Source: Octopus bimaculoides
Taxonomy: Eukaryota
DNA length: 57,425 bases
Reading direction: 5' to 3'
NCBI RefSeq assembly: GCF_001194135.2
Contig: NC_068985.1
Coordinates: 46,363,676 to 46,421,100 of the forward strand
Of the stretch, positions 49,984 through 57,425 are shown in pieces. The position numbers and the translations under genes are program-made. The notes under the pieces were generated by a model. The model was not told where the DNA came from. It was given only the letters and a program-made list of their open reading frames with translations, and ran no database searches. Each line of letters begins with the position of its first letter. Positions within the stretch are counted from its first letter, which is position 1.

Positions 49984-50325
49984 GTGTGCCCAGCGTCGCC
50001 TTTCTGGCACTTGTGCCCGCGGCATGTGTAAGGACTTTCGAGCGAGATCGTTGCCAGTGCCCCTGGACTGGCTCGTGCGGGTGGCACATAAAATACACCA
50101 TTTTGAGCGTGGCCGTTGCCAGTACCGCCTGACTGGCCTTTGTGCCGGTGGCACGTAAAAGCACCCACTACACTCTCTAAGTGGTTGGCGTTAGGAAGGG
50201 CATCCAGCTGTAGAAACTCTGCCAAATCAGATTGGAGGCTGGTGTTGCCATCCGGTTTCACCAGTCCTCAGTCAAATTGTCCAACCCATGCTAGCATGGA
50301 AAGCAGACGTTAAACGATGATGATG
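49984..50325 (+). mobile_element. Family A retroelement 3' end, longest copy (~340 bp)
   Basis: Same 3' end and (GAT)n tail as the shorter copies, extended 5'; CpG-rich, so probably young. Confidence 0.9.
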
Positions 50326-51268
50326 TACCAGTGTTTATGTATGTGTCACTATAAGCACTTAAAGTATGAGGTGGAATTTGTGTGTGTGTGTGTGTGTGTG
50401 TGTTTGCATATATTTTCTTGGTTCACAATGAGTATCTATTTGTCTGTCTATCTATCTATCTGTCTAAATCAACTGTCACGCACACACCACTGTCATTGAT
50501 GCCAATACAACAACCATCAACACCAAAACCTCTGCCATCATCAGCCTGTGACTCCTTAATGACTAACAGCAACATCAGCAACAATATGAATAGGATATGC
50601 AGCTTCATCTAAAAATAAAAGGAAACAAGATAATGTAATACCCTAGTATTTAAAAGTTAAATGAAATAAATGTCTTTGTGCTTAGGTCAATGAAGGTTGA
50701 TTTGGGACTAAACAGGAACCACAATACATTTAACAAGAATAATATGACCACCATCACCAACAACAACAACACTGTCAATACCACCCAACAACCAAACCCA
50801 ATAGAACCGACAAGATCTCCATTATCAACTCACCAGCTTTTGAATAACCAACTGGCAACAACAATAACTATATCTGTTGCCATATACGTCGAATGTCAAC
50901 ATAACTGTGTGTTAGAGAGAGAGGGAGGGAGGGAGAAAGAGAGAGACAAAGAGAGAGAGAGAGAGTAGTGTGTGGAGTTTTTATGGCTTAAGTCAGAGGT
51001 GCAAGGGCACCCCCATCTAACTGAATGCCCATGAACCTCATAACCTTTCAACTAACTGTAATCATAGCACACTTCCTAACACCTCGTTCCTTCGCCCTTT
51101 CATCTTATTTCCATTCTTAGATTTGTAGGAATAAGATAACAATTTTTTTGTTTTTGCTTTCTCAAAACTGTTCTTTCCTGGTGCTATTTTATTTTTCTAC
51201 TTTTACTACATATTTGTTGTGGATAATTGTTGATTGCTGCCGCTGTTGGATTTTACCTACAATTCAAG

Positions 51269-51370
51269 ATGTCTGGAAAAAAGCCATCAAATGAATCTGT
51301 AGGTCGTAGTGTGAAAGGGAACCATAAAAATATTATTACACTGGATGTTAAACTTGGATGTTTTAAACAG
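51269..51370 (+). mobile_element. Tigger/pogo transposase N-terminus remnant (CENP-B-type HTH start)
   Basis: MSGKKPSNESVGRSVKGNHKNIITLDVKL, and removing one G gives DVL; resembles the ITL.VKLD start of Tigger transposases. Confidence 0.55.
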
Positions 51371-51413
51371 CTTCCTGTGGGGGTAAAAAATCAGCCACTT
51401 TGCCACAAAATAT

Positions 51414-51626
51414 TGGTTTTTAACTTTTGGCACAAGGCCAGTGATTTTGTGGGGAGTGGAGCAAGTCGATTACATTAACCCCAGTGTTCAACTGGTACTT
51501 ATTTTATTGACCCCGAAAGGATGAAAGGCAGAGTTGACCCTGGCAGCATTTGAACTCTGAATGTAAAGTAGGAAAAAATGTCATTAAGCATTTTTCCCGA
51601 TGTGGTAATGATTCTGCCAGCTCACC
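51414..51626 (-). mobile_element. SINE family F
   Basis: Reverse complement of family F, full length. Confidence 0.8.
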
Positions 51627-51953
51627 ACCTGCACATTCCCAAAATATTAAAGCTTGCAATGTCCACAGTAAATATATATANNNNNNNNNNNNNNNNNNNN
51701 NNNNNNNNNNNNNNNNNNNNNNNNNNNNNNNNNNNNNNNNNNNNNNNNNNNNNNNNNNNNNNNNNNNNNNNNNNNNNNNNNNNNNNNNNNNNNNNNNNNN
51801 NNNNNNNNNNNNNNNNNNNNNNNNNNNNNNNNNNNNNNNNNNNNNNNNNNNNNNNNNNNNNNNNNNNNNNNNNNNNNNNNNNNNNNNNNNNNNNNNNNNN
51901 NNNNNNNNNNNNNNNNNNNNNNNNNNNNNNNNNNNNNNNNNNNNNNNNNNTAC

Positions 51954-51987
<34 letters not shown>

Positions 51988-52360
51988 ATATATGTATATA
52001 AACATACCAATGGTTTACCCCCAGACAAAGAATATTCACCCATCAATGTGTTGTTGAGCTCTCGTTCTTACTGTTCGAAATTAGTGTATATATAGATGTG
52101 TGTGTGTGTGTGTAATTTTAATTTTAATGTCCATCTTTCTCTGCTCACATGGGTCAGATGGAAGTTTGTTGAGCCAGATTTTCTACTACTGGATGCCTTT
52201 CCTGTTGCCAATCTTTGCTTGTTTCCAAGTAAGGATAAAAAGAAAAAATGGGGAAGGTGTCTATTAAAACAAGATTGGAAAAAAGAAAGAAAGAAAATAT
52301 GAGAAGTATTCTTCACAGTAAGGTGGTTTCCAAGGATGACATGTACTCTAGAAGCTGGAT

Positions 52361-52770
52361 TTCCCATTTGGCTAGTATGTATTTGTTCATGTTAGGCCAT
52401 CTTGTAAAGATTACATTTTTTGAGTTGAGACAAGTATTAGGATCTTTAAAGTTTTGCAGAAATTGTTTTCTCTCAGACAGTATCTGCACCTCTTGACTTT
52501 GTTTATATGGGTGATTCATTTGTGGAGTTTGTTCTCCATTTGATGTCATACTTGATCTTGTCTTTCTGAGCTCATATATGACCTGTAAATGTCATAGTTG
52601 TCCACTTGGCTAGACGTTTGATAGATAATAGATGGTTGGAAAAGTCTCTGCTTAAATCATATCTCTAATATACTAATGTAATGTTTTTCCCCCACTGTTT
52701 TGATTTCATGTGGTTGTGGCGAATCTGCTTCATTTATGACTAACTTGAGGCTGCATTCACTTTCCTTTTT
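52361..52770 (-). mobile_element. Penelope-like GIY-YIG endonuclease remnant
   Basis: Frameshifted pieces KHYISI / FKQRL / SNHLLSIK...TFTGHI* / KDKIKYDIKW / NKVKRCRYCLRE / DPNTCLNSKNVIFTRWPNMNKYILAKW appear in the order expected for Penelope ORF C-termini (YIG..FK.R..NH..S...HIW.LK....IKW...C.LC..EK...LN.R.E..C.H.NK). Confidence 0.7.
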
Positions 52771-52849
52771 ATATGAAGATCCTTGGTCTATCATTGACTT
52801 GATTTTGGATGTTATAATCCATTATCTTGTATCTTTTCTTTTATCTTTG

Positions 52850-53215
52850 GCTTGTTTTAGTCATTAGACTGTGGCCTTGAAGAATTTTAGTTGAAAGAAT
52901 CAACTCCAGTACTTTTTTTTCTAAGCCTTGTTTGTACTTATTATATTGGTCCCTTTTGCCAAACTGCTAAGTTATAGGGATGTAAACACACCAACACTGG
53001 TTGTCAAGGGTGGTGGGAGACTGACACAAACACTAAGACACACAGATAAATTTATATTTGATGGGCTTCTTTCAGTTTCCTTCTACCAAATACACTCACA
53101 AGGCTTTAATCAGCCCAAGGCTAAAGTAAAAGACACTTGCCCAATATGCCATGTAGTGAGATTGAACCGAGGGCCATGCAGTTGAGAAGCAAACATGTTA
53201 CTACACAGCCATACC
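52850..53215 (-). mobile_element. SINE family C
   Basis: Reverse complement of family C. Confidence 0.8.
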
Positions 53216-54159
53216 TGCATCTTATGAATTGAATACTTTACCTAATTTAGTTTTGAATAGACCTCTTTGATGTAAAATATACTTTTGGTTTTTCCACTAC
53301 ACAGCAAAAATAAAGAGAAAGCAAATGAAAGGAATCACCAGTAATCTACTAAGTTTGGATATATATTTTAACCATACTTATTATATCTCCTCCGTCTCTC
53401 TCTCTCCCTCTTTCTCTAGAAATAGCAAGGAAGGAAATAAGCTTTATTTAGGCAAAAAAACCCATTATTTTTATTATTTTTCCATTGTTTGGTATATTTT
53501 TTCCTCCAGTGTCTGGAAACAGCTTTGGAATTTTCTCAAACAGTGTATCATAGATTTTTTTCCCCTCTTTGGTTTTGCTGTGATTTGCTATAAAAATTAA
53601 GTTTCCACATTGTTTACTTTCCTCACTCATTCATTCCTTCTCTTATTTTATTTTCTGTTCATTTATTTATTTATTTATTTTTGTATTATTTTATTATTCA
53701 TTTCTTCATTGTCGAATTCATTCTTCAAATTGTTATTTTTTATATTTTCCATCTGTTCTTTCCATCACCATTTTCTTCTCTTTTTTTTTTTTGAGTTTGT
53801 GTTTCCCTATTTTATTCCNNNNNNNNNNTATATTGTTAACTCCTTTTTTTTTTTCTTTTTTTTTTTTTTCTCAAAACTAAAATTGCTGAATATTATTTTT
53901 TGACATTCTCCCTCCACCAGCTCCTCCACACCCTCATCTTACTCTTGCTTGAGGTTTTCTTTCTTGTCCCAAATTCCTTCTCTGGAAAGAATGAGTGAGA
54001 AAGTAGTTGATTCTTCTTTTCCATTCAGTTTTGTGTTTTTTTTTTCTATTAATTTGAGGCTGTTGCAAACTTTCCAATTTTTAAAAAAATGTTTGCTTGT
54101 ATTATCATTCAGTGTTTAATATACATACATTTGTGTGTGTGTCTATACTTACACATGCA

Positions 54160-54209
<50 letters not shown>

Positions 54210-54984
54210 GTGCAAGTGTATTTATTTGCTGTAAATATATACATATACTAGAATAAATTTGTGTATACACCTTACATGTAAGCGTACTATAGCTATACAA
54301 GATATCTATGTGTGATGGTATGGGTGTGAAAGAGAAGGAGAGAGAAAGCCTATCAAATCCTATATTCCACAGCAATAGATCATATGTATGTATCTGAACA
54401 GACACATGTTGACACAATAAAATGAAAACAAAGATTTGTTTGTGTAATTGTTGTTGCTTCTACTTATGTATTCTTGGTTGTAATGTTTGCTTGTTGTTAC
54501 TGTAGACATTGTTATCATCATCATCGTTGTTTATTTCTCTTTTGTGGCTTTGTACTCATTTGCATATATAACAACAAGTATTCTGAGAGGGAGGAAAAAG
54601 TCCCCCCCCCACTTATTTCTACCTTCTCCATTCAACGTACACACATGTATACGCACTCATGTACACATACACAGGCACAAACACTCAAATGCATGTTTGC
54701 ATGCACACATGTACAAGTGTATGAGTATACAACCACATGCACAGAACTAAAACTGTCTCTTGAAATTATTGTTGAATTGTGCCACAAAACTGATATTTTC
54801 ACTCTTTGGAAATATCGGTCTTAGCTACTTCACATATGTTATCACACACACATTCATGTACACAACCACACATGCTTTCTTTTACATTGCCACGTATACA
54901 TTCATATACACATCTACTTCTGCATTCATATACACTGTCACACATAAATTCATACACACTAACATGAAAAGACATTCAAGTGAG

Positions 54985-55217
54985 ATCGTTGACAGTTCGA
55001 GCGTGGCCATTGCCAGTACCTCCTGACTTGCCTTCGTGCCGGTGGCACGTAGAAGCATCCACTACACTCTCTGAGTGGTTGGCGTTAGGAAGGGCATCCA
55101 GCTGTAGAAACTCTGCCAAATCAGATTGGAGCTTGGTGTAGCCATATGGTTCACCAGTCCTCAGTCAAATCATCCAACCAATGCTAGCATGGAAAGCGGA
55201 TGTTAAACGATGATGCT

Positions 55218-55248
<31 letters not shown>

Positions 55249-55250
55249 AT
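54985..55250 (+). mobile_element. Family A retroelement 3' end (~265 bp)
   Basis: Matches 50100-50325; (GAT/GCT)n tail. Confidence 0.85.
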
Positions 55251-56262
55251 ATGCATTCATGTACACTACCACACATATTCATAATCCTCAGGCAGAATCT
55301 GTGTATGTATATGCTTGCATGTTTGTGACAAAACTGCTTTTTTGAAATACTACTGTAGTCCAAATTTCCAGATACACAATTTCACCCACAAAGCTTGGGT
55401 TCACCAGGGGCTGTAATAAAAGATGCTTTCCCAATATTGCACACAGTGGAATTAAACCTGTGACCTTATGCTTACCTAACACACTTTTTAACTACTCAGC
55501 CAATTGTTATTACACATTAACTGCACCGATGTTCAATGATACATTAAGGATAGACACTGAAAAACTCATTGATAGGTGAGAACAGGTGATAGAAGCATGA
55601 GAATATGGTTTCACAACAGTTGTTGTTGTTGATGATGATGATGATGATAATGGTGGTGATGGTGATGATAATGATGATGTTTTTCACAGTTGGCAATATC
55701 TACAAAGGAAATTCAAAGTGAAATTCAAAACTTCATTATTATTAGATCCCCAGTGAATTGCTGTGATGTTTCCATTTATTTAGACGACTGTTTCATCTTA
55801 TTTCATATCAATTCACTTTCTCTCATTATCTCACCCTCTTTCTCTCTTTCTTTCTCTCTCTCCATCACACACACACATACAATTTCTCTCTTGCATTAGA
55901 CATTGGTTAGGTTTAAAATATAATAAGGAATCTGAATTCTTGATCTCTAGTCTGAATATTGACCTTAGGCAAGTAACAGTTTACTCTTAAATCTCTTAGT
56001 GAGGATTAACCCCCGAGATCCAGGTCAGTCTGATTAATAATTCCCATGAAATTTCTGTAGTAGTAGTAGTAGTAGTGGTAGTAGTAGTGGTAGTGGTAGT
56101 AGTAGTAGGACAGTGGATGAGAGAAATGTTAAAACATCCAACAAAATGCCTTGTATTTAGCTGTAGCCCTTTCAGATCCCACACGAGTTAACTTTGCCTT
56201 CCATCTCTCCAGGGTTGATAAAATAAAGTACCATTGAAGTACTGGGGTTGATATAAAGTTGA

Positions 56263-56422
56263 AGGAGTGGCTGCATGGTAAGTTGCTTGCTTACCATGAT
56301 TTCACATGATTTCAGGTTCAGTCTCACTGCATGGCGCCTTAGGCAAGTGTCTTCTAGTATAGCCTTGGGCCGACCAAAGCCTTGTGAGTGGATTTGGTAG
56401 ATGGAAACTGAAAGAAGCCCAT

Positions 56423-56465
<43 letters not shown>

Positions 56466-56735
56466 NNNNNNNNNNNNNNNNNNNNNNNNNNNNNNNNNNN
56501 NNNNNNNNNNNNNNNNNNNNNNNNNNNNNNNNNNNNNNNNNNNNNNNNNNNNNNNNNNNNNNNNNNNNNNNNNNNNNNNNNNNNNNNNNNNNNNNNNNNA
56601 GCAGTTTGGCAAAAGAGACTCATAGAATAAGTACCAGGCTTGCAAAGAATAAGTCCTGGGGGTCGATTTGCTTGACTAAAGGCAGTGCTCTAGTGTGGCC
56701 ACAGTCAAATGACTGAAACAAGTAAAAGAAAAAAA
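56263..56735 (+). mobile_element. SINE family C spanning gap 56466-56600, directly after a partial family F segment (~56165-56255)
   Basis: GGAGTGGCTGCATGGTAAG head, core, (TA)n, and 3' GTCAAATGACTGAAACAAGTAAAAG plus A-rich tail. Confidence 0.85.
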
Positions 56736-56769
<34 letters not shown>

Positions 56770-56795
56770 CGTTTGACTTTCCCCAGACACAACAG

Positions 56796-56829
<34 letters not shown>

Positions 56830-57425
56830 TATATAAAAGTGTGTTTGGAGGGATATATTATCCGGGTGGATACCGTATTAGCTCTCAATTGATGGTTAAC
56901 TACAATGATCAGTATCCAACGTTTGTGTCTACAATTAGTTATTAGTCACTCTGTGAATTCTTATGGGTAATTCCATGTACTCTATGCTAGACAGTAAAAA
57001 TTGTCTGGAGTATATATTAATATTAATAATAATAATAAAGAATGTGGAGGCTTGTACGTCCACAGAATTTATTTTATAGCTAGATACAGCGTACTATAAT
57101 GACCTACACGTTTCTATTGCAGCAACTACTCACTGTTGCAAATGCAACCTTGCAATATTGTCGGTGCAGCTTCATGAATATATATATATATATATATAAC
57201 AATTAGAAAATGGAGGATAATATGCTGAACCCAACTACTTGCAGACGGTGTATCCCGTTGAATTCATTTATTTAATTCATAGCAAAAGTGACAAAGAAAG
57301 GAAGAAAAGAAAAAGAAAGAAAGAACCAAAGCACGGGTGTCCATGGCAGACTATGTTATTTTGCCAACATGGTTTACATATAGAGGTACAAAGTACATAA
57401 GGAATTAGAGGATGAACAGAAGTTT

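Overview
AT-rich, microsatellite-dense eukaryotic draft scaffold with 13 N-gaps. The tRNA-headed SINE families, (GAT)n-tailed retroelement ends and repeat landscape look like a coleoid cephalopod, probably Octopus (inference from recalled repeat sequences, not a database result). The window is almost entirely intronic or intergenic. I can support one internal coding exon well (+, 10238-10379, unidentified acidic Tyr-rich peptide); a few short exon candidates are weak. The rest is transposable-element material: four tRNA-derived SINE families (labelled B, C, D, F here), 5'-truncated LINE-type 3' ends (family A), hAT and mariner MITEs, a non-autonomous Helitron, and decayed hAT, Tc1/mariner, Tigger and Penelope (GIY-YIG) coding fragments. 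Nearly all ORFs in the supplied track are artefacts of simple repeats or N-runs. I found no intact new multi-gene system. The best leads are (i) Penelope-type minimal hammerhead-ribozyme motifs at about 4.1 kb and 40.0 kb, both apparently decayed, and (ii) several inverted repeats able to form long dsRNA (64-bp hairpin at 2.5 kb, young inverted SINE pair at 23/28 kb), relevant to ADAR editing if the host is a cephalopod. Repeat boundaries were read by eye and are approximate unless TIRs or TSDs are quoted.
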